Shown: piece by piece, positions 10,999 through 20,979 of the stretch
Position numbering within the stretch: the first letter of the stretch is position 1
Layout: each line of letters begins with the position of its first letter
Notes under the pieces: model-generated
The model's input: only the letters and a program-made list of their open reading frames with translations
What the model was told of the DNA's origin: nothing
Databases searched by the model: none
DNA from: Selaginella moellendorffii
Lineage: Eukaryota > Plantae > Lycopodiophyta
Reading direction: 5' to 3'
Assembly: GCF_000143415.4 (NCBI RefSeq)
Contig: NW_003314262.1
Span: forward strand, 2,592,603 to 2,656,602
DNA: 64,000 nt
Program-made: the position numbers and the translations under genes

Positions 10999-13078
10999 GC
11001 GCCACCATCGCCTCCTCAACAAGGTGACGAGCTCTAGGCTCTATATATCTTCTATAAGTTCTATCTTCTATAACTATACCGTGATCACAGACAAGCTTTG
11101 ATGGTGACGACGAAAGCGAAGACAAAGGCGAAGAAGTGGTGCTATGGAAACTAAGATCATGGTCCTCGGCAGAATCGGCATACAGGCTCGCAAGCAGCAA
11201 ATAAGGTGTGGAGGCTTGGTCGTCGGCTCTTAATAAAATCTCGGCGGCTCTGGATCCACGATCTACGTCGTTGTGCTTCCGGCATGCCGCCAGCAGCGAT
11301 CCCCAGGCAACTTGGTCAGGAAAGAACGGCATGGTCAGTATGAGCTCCTCGGCATCGCCGGTTCTTCCCGAGCGTCCCAGCAGATCGACCATGGAGCCGT
11401 AGTGATCGGGGCCAGCGCCAACGCCGTGATCCGCGATCATGCTCAGCAGCTTGGATCGCCCAAAGCTCGCCATTCCCAGATGGTTGCAAGCCAGGAGGAC
11501 CGAGAGAAAGGAGAGCTCGTCCGGATCCACGCCGTGGAGCTCCAAGTTTTGGAAGAGATCGAGAGTTTCCAGGCCGTGGCCATTGAGCGCGTAGGCCTGG
11601 AGCATCGCGTTCCAGGTGATGAGATCCACGGCTAAGTCCTCGTCCTCGAGCATGGCATCGAAGAGATTCCTGGCATCTGCCACGCGGCCGTCGTGGGCAT
11701 ATGCCGTGAGCATCGCGTTCCGGGAGATGAGGTTCTTGTCGGGGATGGCGTGGAATATCCGCATCGACTCGTCCGTGTGCCCGCCCAGGGAGCAGGCGTA
11801 GGCCAGCGCCGTGCGCGACACCGCGTTTGGCGCCGGGATCTGCGCGAAGAGCGCCCGGGCGGCCGGCAGCTCGCCGTTCTGGGAATATGCCTGGAGCATC
11901 GCGTTCCAGGAGCTGGTGTTTCGCATTGGCATCTTTTCGAATGTAGCTTTCGCGTCTTCTATCAAGGAATTGTCTCCAAATGCCGTGATCATAGAGTTCC
12001 AGGGAATGAGGCCTCTAGAGCACAAGGTATCAAAGAATCTTTTGCTCTGGGCGATGTCTAGATTGCGTCCATAGGCTGTGATCATGCTCGTCACCGAGAA
12101 CTCACCATGCTTTGGCACTAGATCGAAGATTCTCTTCGAATCTACGATCCTAGAAGTCGCGATGAATGCCGCTAGCAGCGCGTTCCAAGAGATGGAATCT
12201 TTGGATCCCCGTGGCATGGAATCAAAAAGCTCCTTTGCTCGGCCAAAATGCCCTTTCTCGGCAAGTGCGGTAATGGCCACTGTCCACGACACGGTGCCGT
12301 ACATGGGCATGTGGTCCAGGACACGCAGCACAACTTCCACGCTGGCGCCATTCTCCACGTACGCACCAACCAGCGAATTCCACGTGAGCATATCCCTGCC
12401 GTCGGTGATCTCGAAGAGCTCCACACACTGCCGTAGATGCCCGCTCTCGGCAAATGCGGTCATCATCGCGTTGTGAGACACAACGCTGTGTTTAGGGCTC
12501 TTGGAGTATGTGGATCTCGCCATCGCGAATTCGCTCGTCACGGTCCATAGATGGAGCATCGAATTCCACGACACGACGTCCCTCTGCGGCATAATCTCGA
12601 AGAAGCTCCTCCCGGCGTCGATTTGCCCGCTCTGGATCTTCGCCGCGAGGAGGACATTGCAGGAGAAGACGCTCCAGGCCGGCATTCGATCGAAGATCCA
12701 TCCGGCCTCGCGCGCGGTGCCGCAGTCGGCGTAGCCGGAGATCATCGAGGTCCAGGTCACAAGGTCGCGGCAGGGCATGCCATCGAAAATCCTCTTGGAT
12801 TCTTGGGGATTTCCATCCTGGAAGAGGGCCGAGATCATCGCGCTGTAGGAGAAGACGTTCTTGGCAGGGATGCTGTCGAAGACGCGAATCGCGTCCTCCA
12901 GGCTGCCGCATCGAGCGTACATCCGGATGAGAAGATTGGCAAGGTATCGATCCAAGCTCTGGCCGCTTTGCAGGATGGATTCATGCGCTCGCCTCCCCTG
13001 GGCAAGGTCCCTGGTTTGCGCACAACTCGCGATGATCTTGGCGAAGGAGGAATAATCCGGGCGCTTGCTAACGCTCAT
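10982..13078 (-). CDS. PLS-class PPR protein rich in short (S/SS) repeats, with E domain
   Basis: 698-aa ORF with about 31-aa repeats (xFDxMPxRxxxSWNxMI) and an E tail (HYGSMVDLLGRSG...MPFFPD..AWGSLLAAC). Confidence 0.92.
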   Translation of the reverse strand: MSVSKRPDYSSFAKIIASCAQTRDLAQGRRAHESILQSGQSLDRYLANLLIRMYARCGSLEDAIRVFDSIPAKNVFSYSAMISALFQDGNPQESKRIFDGMPCRDLVTWTSMISGYADCGTAREAGWIFDRMPAWSVFSCNVLLAAKIQSGQIDAGRSFFEIMPQRDVVSWNSMLHLWTVTSEFAMARSTYSKSPKHSVVSHNAMMTAFAESGHLRQCVELFEITDGRDMLTWNSLVGAYVENGASVEVVLRVLDHMPMYGTVSWTVAITALAEKGHFGRAKELFDSMPRGSKDSISWNALLAAFIATSRIVDSKRIFDLVPKHGEFSVTSMITAYGRNLDIAQSKRFFDTLCSRGLIPWNSMITAFGDNSLIEDAKATFEKMPMRNTSSWNAMLQAYSQNGELPAARALFAQIPAPNAVSRTALAYACSLGGHTDESMRIFHAIPDKNLISRNAMLTAYAHDGRVADARNLFDAMLEDEDLAVDLITWNAMLQAYALNGHGLETLDLFQNLELHGVDPDELSFLSVLLACNHLGMASFGRSKLLSMIADHGVGAGPDHYGSMVDLLGRSGRTGDAEELILTMPFFPDQVAWGSLLAACRKHNDVDRGSRAAEILLRADDQASTPYLLLASLYADSAEDHDLSFHSTTSSPLSSLSSSPSKLVCDHGIVIEDRTYRRYIEPRARHLVEEAMVALKSSS

Positions 13079-13089
13079 CTGATGGATCG

Positions 13090-15147
13090 ATGCCGCTCGA
13101 TCTGGAAGAACTCGCGTCCAAGATCCGATATTACGGGCAGATCAGGGATCTTTCCGGTGGCCAGCGCCTCGATCGCCTCATCCAGCGCAGTGGCTTCAGC
13201 AAGAACAGGTATCTCTTGAATCTCCTGGTGGAGATGTACGCCGATTGTGGCAGCATCGATGCCGCGACACAGGTGTTCTTCCTGATCGACCGGCCCAATC
13301 TCTTCTCCTGGAACATCCTTCTCACAGCGTATGCGCAGAACGGGCATCTGGATCGCGCTGCGGAGATCTTCGCGAGAATGCCCGAGAGGAACCTGGTGTC
13401 TTCGAATGCTATCATCTCGGCATATGCCCAGGCCGCGCAAATCCACAAGGTTCTATCGCTCTTCACGACTATGCCACAGAAGGATATAATCTCGTGGAAC
13501 GTTCTTCTCAAAGCGTATGGAGAACAGGGAAATGCCACGCTAGCAAAGGAAGTGTTTGAAAAGATGCCAGAGTGGGACTTGGTATCGTGGAATGCCATGA
13601 TCGCCGCTTATGCCCTGTGCGGGCATATTGGAAAAGCGAGAGCACTGCTGGGGAGAATTCCCATCCGGAGCGTTCTCTCTTGGAGCTGCATCGTCCAAGC
13701 CTTCGTCCAGCACTCCGGGAACTTGGGCGATGCCAGGGAAGTGTTCTTCGAGATGCCGGAGTGGGATGCCGCGTCCTCCACTGCGATTGTCACGCTGCTC
13801 TCGCAACAGTGTGGCCTGGAGCAAGCCCAAGAGGTTTTCAATGGGATGCAGCACAGGAACGTCACGGCCTGGAACGCCATGCTGCTGGTTTACATCCGGT
13901 GCGGGCATCTGGAAGGAGCCGAGAGTGTGTTTCACTCCATGCCGAGGAAGAACATCGTCTCCTGGAACTCCATGATCCACTTCCACGTCCAAAACGGGAA
14001 CTTTGAGTCGGCAAAGCGGATGTTCCTCTCGGTGCCCGAGCACGACGTGTTCTCGTGCACGGACATGATAACCGGCTTCGCTCGAGTCGGGCTCCTCAAG
14101 GATGCAGTGAAGATCTTCAGCGAAATGCCTGAGTCCAACGTTGTTTCCTGGACTGCGATCGCGGCGGCGCACGCTCAGCTCGGCTACACTGTAGAAGCGA
14201 TGGATCTCTTCGACAGGATGGCAGAGAGAGACGTGGTTGCGTGGACAATGCTGCTGACGACTCATGCTCAAGCCGGGAAGATCACCGAGGCGAAAACCCT
14301 CTTTGATCAAATGCCGGAAAGGAACTCCTCGTCCTGGAACGCAATGGTGGCGGCACTCGCTCAAAGCGGGGACTTGGAGGCCGCAAAGTCGCTGCTGGAC
14401 AGGATGCCACATCACAGCGTGATCTCCTGGAACTCCATGATCGCGGCTTACGGTCGCCTCGGGTACCTCGAGGAAGCGAAGAAACTCTTCGACCGAATAC
14501 CCGAGCACAACTTGGTATCCTGGAATTCGCTGCTCGCCGGACACGCTCAAAACTCCAGGAAAGCCGAGGATCTCTTCGCGTCCATGCCGGAAAGGAACCT
14601 CGTGAGCTGGGACTCGATGCTGGCAGCGTACGCCTGCGAAGGAAACGCTCGGGCTACCGCTAGGATGTTCGAGAGAATGCCCGAGACGGGATTGATCTCC
14701 TGGAACCTGGTCATTACGATCACTGCTCGAGCTGGACACGGCCAGGCGACGCTAGATTTCTTCCGGCTCATGAACTTGGGTGGAGTCTTGGCCGACGAGA
14801 TCACTTTCACCGGAGTTCTCACGGCTTGTAACCATCTCGGGCTGCTCGCCGAGTGCTGGGAGTTTGTCCTCTCGATGAGTGCCGACTACCATCTTGCGCC
14901 GGCGATGGAGCACTACTGCTCGGTGGTGGACATCTTGGGCCGCTCGGGCCAGCTCAAAAACGCCGAAGAGATCATCCGGCAGGAAGAAGAGGAGCAAGGA
15001 TCGTCCTCTGGAGCCGCGGCATGGAGAGCCCTGCTAGCTGCCTCCAAGATGCAAAAGGATGGAGCGCGCGCTATTCGATCGGCACGAAGTGTTATTCGTC
15101 TCGATGGTGGAAAGTCTCTACCTTTTATTGTATCAGTAGGCTTGTGA
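13090..15147 (+). CDS. PLS-class PPR protein rich in SS repeats, with truncated or degenerate E domain
   Basis: 685-aa ORF with many 31-aa F..MPERNxxSWNxM repeats and an HYCSVVDILGRSG tail. Confidence 0.92.
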   Translation: MPLDLEELASKIRYYGQIRDLSGGQRLDRLIQRSGFSKNRYLLNLLVEMYADCGSIDAATQVFFLIDRPNLFSWNILLTAYAQNGHLDRAAEIFARMPERNLVSSNAIISAYAQAAQIHKVLSLFTTMPQKDIISWNVLLKAYGEQGNATLAKEVFEKMPEWDLVSWNAMIAAYALCGHIGKARALLGRIPIRSVLSWSCIVQAFVQHSGNLGDAREVFFEMPEWDAASSTAIVTLLSQQCGLEQAQEVFNGMQHRNVTAWNAMLLVYIRCGHLEGAESVFHSMPRKNIVSWNSMIHFHVQNGNFESAKRMFLSVPEHDVFSCTDMITGFARVGLLKDAVKIFSEMPESNVVSWTAIAAAHAQLGYTVEAMDLFDRMAERDVVAWTMLLTTHAQAGKITEAKTLFDQMPERNSSSWNAMVAALAQSGDLEAAKSLLDRMPHHSVISWNSMIAAYGRLGYLEEAKKLFDRIPEHNLVSWNSLLAGHAQNSRKAEDLFASMPERNLVSWDSMLAAYACEGNARATARMFERMPETGLISWNLVITITARAGHGQATLDFFRLMNLGGVLADEITFTGVLTACNHLGLLAECWEFVLSMSADYHLAPAMEHYCSVVDILGRSGQLKNAEEIIRQEEEEQGSSSGAAAWRALLAASKMQKDGARAIRSARSVIRLDGGKSLPFIVSVGL

Positions 15148-16076
15148 AAAGAAAATTCTTTGCTTAAAGCTTAAACTGAGTATATCCTTAGAAGGAATGG
15201 AAAGGCAGATTAGGATAAGATTAAGAGAATAAGAATAACTAAAGTATAGCATTAATGGTACCTCTAGTAGACTTGAACATATAAAGCACTGAAATTTAAT
15301 ATATAAGCACCTCCACAAGAAGGTGGATGATTCGTGTGAATTCTTACGGGAGATGGAACTCATATGCCAAGCCCTCGTGATAAACATAATGCATGCACTA
15401 GCGGCTTCACTACATCCACCATTACTCAAAAGGCAACATTGAGTCACAGGCATGAGAGGAGTGGCAAATAGTGGAGGAGATGATCGTCCAGGCAACTTAT
15501 TTAAATCCTGCCACAAGACCATATGAATTGCTTCATTATAATAATAGTTTAAATTAGATTGAGACAAAAAAAAAATCCAAAAACTTATCACTAGGAAATA
15601 AATAATGCTTTTTCTATTATTAATTAAAAGCTGCATTGTAAAATATTACAGAAAAAATTAACTAAATTGATATTAAATATCATTAACTTAAACTTAAAGA
15701 CATTATGATAACAAAACTCAATAACGAATTATAAGGAAAAAGATGACTTATGAATGAACAATGTCAAATATAGTCTATGTTTATTCAAAGTTTAGTATCT
15801 TTAGATAAGAAACTGTATGATTACTTTAATTAAAAAAATTTCTGTAATAAAGGAAACTGATGCTGAATAGTCTAATATTATTCTTAGTTAATTTAATAGT
15901 CTGTATGTAAATCATGTAATTTTAATAAAGAAATATTTTTCCACAATAATAATGTTAACCGCAAGAAAACTTTACTGTTTTACATAATAAGAATAATAAT
16001 AATACTAATATAATATATAATAACTCATTGCAAGATATTTTTATACACCAAAAAACACTGAATCGCCAACTCTCGC

Positions 16077-17063
16077 TCACGCGGGCCGGTGATCCTCCTG
16101 CCCAATGCCTTTGTAGAACTCGAGCGGGATCTCTGAGTCACACACCGCGCAAGAGCAAGCGCACAAGGCATGCAGCATCAAGCACTGGAGATGGTACTCG
16201 TGGCCGCAAGACCCCAGCCGGTACCACCCCTCGCTGGAGAACCTCGCGAAGCAAACCGGGCACTCCTTCCTCTTCTCCTCCTCGCTAAACCCCGACCCCA
16301 GCGGCCGCCCCCGGAGCTCCTCCAGCGGCGTGGGAACCATCCTCGGATTATAGCTCCGCCCGCCACCATTGCCGCCACTCCGAGCTCTAGACTTGATCTC
16401 CTCCGCCTCCTTGACTCGCTCCTCCAGCTCGCGGCACCGGATCTCCGCCAGCCGGAGCTCCTTGATCGTGAGCTTGAGCCGGGGCATGATCAGATCGTTC
16501 GCCTTTCCCGACGTCCTCGGCCTCTTTGGGACGTCGCGGAACGGCAAAGACAGCGACTTGGCGGCGGCGGCGGCGGAGGTGGAGGCGATCTTCTTGGCGG
16601 CGACACGGGCGGCGCGGCGGCGGCGGTGGTTCTCGGTGTGATGCTCGTGAGATCGGGTAACCGCGGCGTAGTCCACGATTCGTTTGCCAAAGTATTCGAG
16701 GTAGCAGTAGCGGAGGAACTTGATGGGGAGGCGCGAGAGCGGCGGTTCCACGCCGTAGAGCTCCTTGTGCCGGAGCGTGGCAAGCTTCACAAACCCTGGA
16801 TCGGAGCACTGGGTGCCGTCGGCGGAATGGCGCTGCGAACTCCCAAACAGCGATCGCACTCGATCCGAGCTAGCACAGCGTGTCACCGTCGCCCAGGCTG
16901 TGACCACTGGCGCCGCCCCGGGTGATTGCTCGTTCTCACCGGCATTATCGGATTTCGTGGAGCCCGTTTCATCCACCGCCGCCGCTGACGCTGCCGATGC
17001 TGCAGCCGCTAGAGAAAGAGAAGACACAGTCGTAGGGGCAATCTCACCGTCTTCCAGCTCCAT
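16077..17063 (-). CDS. C-terminal RING-H2 finger protein with coiled coil (putative E3 ligase)
   Basis: CPVC...CGHEYHLQC...CAVC = C3H2C3 pattern; coiled-coil segment LRLAEIRCRELEERVKEAEE; intronless, 328 aa. Confidence 0.82.
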   Translation of the reverse strand: MELEDGEIAPTTVSSLSLAAAASAASAAAVDETGSTKSDNAGENEQSPGAAPVVTAWATVTRCASSDRVRSLFGSSQRHSADGTQCSDPGFVKLATLRHKELYGVEPPLSRLPIKFLRYCYLEYFGKRIVDYAAVTRSHEHHTENHRRRRAARVAAKKIASTSAAAAAKSLSLPFRDVPKRPRTSGKANDLIMPRLKLTIKELRLAEIRCRELEERVKEAEEIKSRARSGGNGGGRSYNPRMVPTPLEELRGRPLGSGFSEEEKRKECPVCFARFSSEGWYRLGSCGHEYHLQCLMLHALCACSCAVCDSEIPLEFYKGIGQEDHRPA

Positions 17064-17138
17064 TTCTCGCGAAGAACCCTAAAAAACATTTTAAGTACAG
17101 TAAATGCTATAGTCAACGGTAAAGGTAAACGACCCAAG

Positions 17139-17172
17139 AACCCTAAAACTTTTAGGGTTTTCGGTTTTAGGG
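17139..17172. promoter_or_regulatory. Inverted telo-box pair in a short bidirectional promoter
   Basis: AACCCTAAAA-C-TTTTAGGGTT inverted repeat plus a further TTTTAGGG, between divergent ATGs at 17063 and 17188. Confidence 0.5.
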
Positions 17173-17187
17173 CTCTTCGCGGGAGCG

Positions 17188-17393
17188 ATGATCTTCAGAC
17201 GGTGGAATCTCCTCACGGGCACCGCAGCTGCCTTCTCGGCTGTGCTGGGCGTCTCGATCGCCGCTGGATTGCTGCTGGTAAGCGCTCCATCCAACCCACA
17301 GCCCTAATTCTCTGTTTGGGTATTGATTCTTTGTAGCATTCTGCCCAGCAGAAGCCGCCGGCCAAAGCACAGGAGAAAGAGACGAAGAAATGA
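17188..17393 (+). CDS. 48-aa single-pass membrane microprotein; exons 17188-17277, 17337-17393
   Basis: Spliced product MIFRRWNLLTGTAAAFSAVLGVSIAAGLLL|HSAQQKPPAKAQEKETKK*; phase-0 59-nt intron GTAAGC...CTAAT...TTGTAG; telo-boxes upstream; basic N-terminus, hydrophobic helix and Lys-rich tail. Confidence 0.7.
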
Positions 17394-17513
17394 TCCAATG
17401 TAAAATCGATCGAATCTAGGATCGCTCCGAAATAAAGAAGATTAGAAAGTTCTTTGTATTTTTTCCTCTCAAACCATGAGATTGTCAAATGATAATAGTT
17501 TACAAGCTTTGTC

Positions 17514-18128
17514 TCACAGAAAGGCATCCACCCAGCTATCATCGAAGGCGTCCTTGATGTAAACCCTACCATTCATCTCCTTGCACTCGCCATTGTTGTA
17601 GCAAACGATCGCCCTCCTGAAATCTGGGAGCTTGGCCAGCGCCAGAAGAAACGGCGCCAGTCCCTGGAGAAAGCAATCCCCGGGCGATCCCTCGAACTTC
17701 TCAGCCCTCACAACGTTCTCCCTGTACTCCTTTGGGTAGAAATCCACAAGATCGTCCAACGCAACCAGCCTCTTCAAATCCACACCACGAAACTCTCGAT
17801 CGGCAAAACCCAGATCCTTGAATTTGGTTCCCTCATCGATCTTGCAGTGCCCACTATGAAGCTTTTTCCAGATCATAGTCTTTGCTGGATCCAAGTGATC
17901 AACTACGAAGTTCACATACTCCTCGACCCCAGCGCTAAACACCACCAGCCGGAAAACCTTGGAAATCCTCTTTAGAAACGCATCCACTCCGGGCCTCTTC
18001 ATTATAAACAGTGGAGATTCCTCGCCCGCGCGCTCCATTGTGAAGTCTGATCCGGCCACCATGTCCGTGTGCGCGTAGACGAGCGTGTTGTCCAAGTCGA
18101 GCACCATTGTAGGCTTTACCCTTGCCAT
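17514..18128 (-). CDS. FCP1/SCP (NIF/CPDc) HAD-family phosphatase-like protein
   Basis: TMVLDLDNTLV (DxDxT), KRPGVDAFL, LVVFSAG..YVNFVVDHLDP, KDL...DLKRLVALDD; first ATG at 18128. Confidence 0.88.
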   Translation of the reverse strand: MARVKPTMVLDLDNTLVYAHTDMVAGSDFTMERAGEESPLFIMKRPGVDAFLKRISKVFRLVVFSAGVEEYVNFVVDHLDPAKTMIWKKLHSGHCKIDEGTKFKDLGFADREFRGVDLKRLVALDDLVDFYPKEYRENVVRAEKFEGSPGDCFLQGLAPFLLALAKLPDFRRAIVCYNNGECKEMNGRVYIKDAFDDSWVDAFL

Positions 18129-18234
18129 GTTTCTGAAGAACCCTAATCTCCTTTTCCATGATTTTAAAGCATTTTGCCACGTAGGACTATGAGCTGGACA
18201 ATACGTTTGTTCTAGGGTTTTAGGGCGGGCGGGA

Positions 18235-19908
18235 ATGGCGATGAAGAGCAAGGCGCGCTTCTTCGTGGCTGTTCACGTCGGCGCTGGCTACCACGCTCAA
18301 TCCAATTCCAAGAACTACCGCAGGGCGATGCGGCGAGCTTGTCTGGCCGCCGCCGCGGTTCTCTCCCAGGTAGATTGCGCGATTTCTCTTGTGGGAGCTG
18401 GGGCTTGATTGATCTGATGGAAATTTTGGGAGAATGCGGCTTGTTTGCTCCCTTGGTTTCGAGTTCTTACGAAATTCTTGCGGATTCTTTAGAGCTCCGG
18501 GACCAGCATGGATGCCGTTGTGGCAGCGATCAAAGCCTTGGAGGTGATTAAGAATGCTTCAATCGTGTTCTATCTCTCATGAATTTTCCAGGATGATGAA
18601 ATTACGAATGCTGGTCGGGGGTCCAATCTGACTCAAGAGGGAAACGTGGAGTGCGATGCTAGCATAATGGATGACTCGGGATCGTTTGGTGCTGTTGGTG
18701 CTACTTCAGGTAAAACCTTTGTAATTTTTTTTTTCTTCTGTTCGCTCAAGCGAAGAATTCTAGGTGTCTCAAATCCTATCGAGGTAGCTGCGCTTTTGGC
18801 TAAAGAAAGTACACACGGTTCTTCCTCGCTTGGATTAATTCCACCCATGTATGTATGATTGATTCTTCCCTGTATCATCTTAGTGTTGGGCTTCCAGTTT
18901 TATAGTTGGCGATGGCGCAAGGCAATGGGCCAAAGAGCATGGAATCGAAACCATGGAGAGTCCGGAGCATGCTGTCTGTGTTGAAAATCCGTATGCTCTG
19001 TTGTTGCTGATTACAGTGCTTCTTTTACAGCTTGTCACGAATCGATCCAAGGAGCAATGGCTCAAGTATAAGAACATGATGACAAGTATGGATTCGTCGT
19101 TTCCGAATTTCTTTTCTTACTTGGGTTGTCTTTCTTGACCAGAACAGCCAGAGAGTAATTTAAGCAGAGAGGACGTGATACAGGACACGGTTGGTGCAGT
19201 GTGCGTGGACGACAAAGGAAATATTTCGGCTGGAGTTTCTAGTGGTGGTATTGCTATGAAAGTTCGTTATTCTTCGTTTTCTTTGGATTATCATGTTGCT
19301 AATCCCCAAGAGCTGCAGGCTAAAGGTCGAGTCGGACTTGCTGCGGTGTATGGATGCGGTTGCTGGGCAACGTCAAACTTATCATCTTCCGTGGGTTGCA
19401 GCACATCAGGAGCAGGAGAGAGGCTTATCAAGTCTCTTTTGGCGCGTGAATGCTGCCATTCTGTGTGGGAGTATGTATTCGTTTGACTTTGATCGTACTT
19501 ACTTCTCTGGTTGTAACAGGTCAGATGCTGGCCCCGTAAGCGTTTGCTCAGACATTTTACTGAAGCTTAATCAAGGACACTTAGCCAGTCAAAAACAGGA
19601 TGCTGGGATTCTACTTCTACAGTCTTTCAAGTCATTCGTAAGTGATATATGTGGTTTAAAATCTATAATGATTGTTTTCCAGCCTAATAGATTGGAAGGA
19701 GTTGAATTCCTCGCAGCACACACTGCTCCATCATTTGGTATAGGATATTTTGCGAACTTTATGGAGCGCCCCAAGGTTTAAACATCGAGTCCGCTTCAAA
19801 TGCATCTCTAATCTATTGTGTTCAAATTTACAGGCGTCGATTCTTAGGCAAAAGCCAGGTGACCACTCAGAAGTGAGAGTTTTGGCAACACGATTTTTGT
19901 TTACGTAG
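18235..19908 (+). CDS. TASP1: Threonine aspartase (taspase-1-like, asparaginase-2/Ntn family), multi-exon
   Basis: FVAVHVGAGYH, ITNAGRGSNLT..GNVECDASIMD, NPIEVA, autocleavage site D|TVGAVC, GVSSGG, GRVGLAAVYGCG, STSGAGE, SFGIGYF; many short GT-AG introns. Confidence 0.88.
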
Positions 19909-20979
19909 CACACTGTAGAGACAGTTGAATAACAGGATCAGTTGCAGCAATATCCTTGTTCTTGTTTGTGCCTTTTTCCCCCCAGGATGTCAGCACGCAA
20001 CATGCAAATACTTGCTACCAGACATATCGGCGCGTTATTTCTGCGTAAGTCTCAATCTTTAAACAAAACATATGAAAATATAACTGGGATGCCTTCCTGT
20101 AGCAGATCTTCGCCTAACTTGATCTGGGAAATTTTCCTGGAGTAAGCTGGTAAGGAGCATGCAAGGGGTGTGAATCGCTTTAATTTTATAAAGCCTGTTC
20201 CGTGGTGGTGCATCAGAGAGAAACAGACGTTTTGAGAAGCCAAATTCCGCGTTGCATTCATAGCAGCGATGTGATCGGGCCGCTAGCGACACTAAGAAGT
20301 AAGATCAAACACATCTCTTTGCTAATTTTGGGTATAACAAGCTGCACGTGATTTCATTGTGCAGGGACAGAGGGGTCAGGACCTCTCACGCTAAGTGCTC
20401 TACACAAGAGATGGCATTCATTCCGCACCGTCATACAAGCGCGAAAAGAAAAGGCTGGCCCGTCTGGCTCTGGTGGTGCTTGAAAAAGCAGGAGACCGTC
20501 TTTCCACGGAGGAGGGTCGTCGTTTTGCAGCGGCTTCTAGATTCTCTCAGTTCTCTTCCACCGTGGAACGTGGCTAAAGAGTGGAAGACAAGAGAACGAA
20601 GCTGATAGAGTTTTGCTCCCCTCGCCAGGAACCGAGGCCACTGGTAGTGGTCATTTCCTAACGCGAGCCACGAGGTTGAGGCAGGACAGTGGTGTGCATT
20701 GAATGCAAGAGTGCTGCTGTTACGACTGAGAGCGAGGTAACTTCTAGAGCAGGAAAAGCAGTGTCTTATTACCTCGTCTTTTCTTCCCATCCTAGAAGGA
20801 GCGAGAAGAGCGCCGCATCAAGAAGAGCGCAGCAACAAGAAGAGCGCCGTTGACAACAACGATCCTGGTTACTCCTTCAGCTGTGGAGACTGGTGAGTTT
20901 TATCATGAACTCTCTAGCAGCATTCTTCGCTGCTCTTTCCGGCAAGTACTTAGCTCGATCATTAGGAGGAGGTGCTAGA

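Noticed and set aside
13540-14739. 399-aa antisense ORF and similar ones over the PPR genes
   Set aside because: Typical stop-poor antisense frames of GC-rich PPR repeats.
18111-18128. MARVKP peptide shared by the phosphatase N-terminus and the Dof-like protein
   Set aside because: Only six residues, with different codons and no flanking similarity; treated as coincidence.
20059-20790. Minus-strand fragments with CYECNAEFGF and HHC suggesting a FYVE finger or a small spliced gene
   Set aside because: The motifs are in the wrong order, and no splice path gave a convincing protein.
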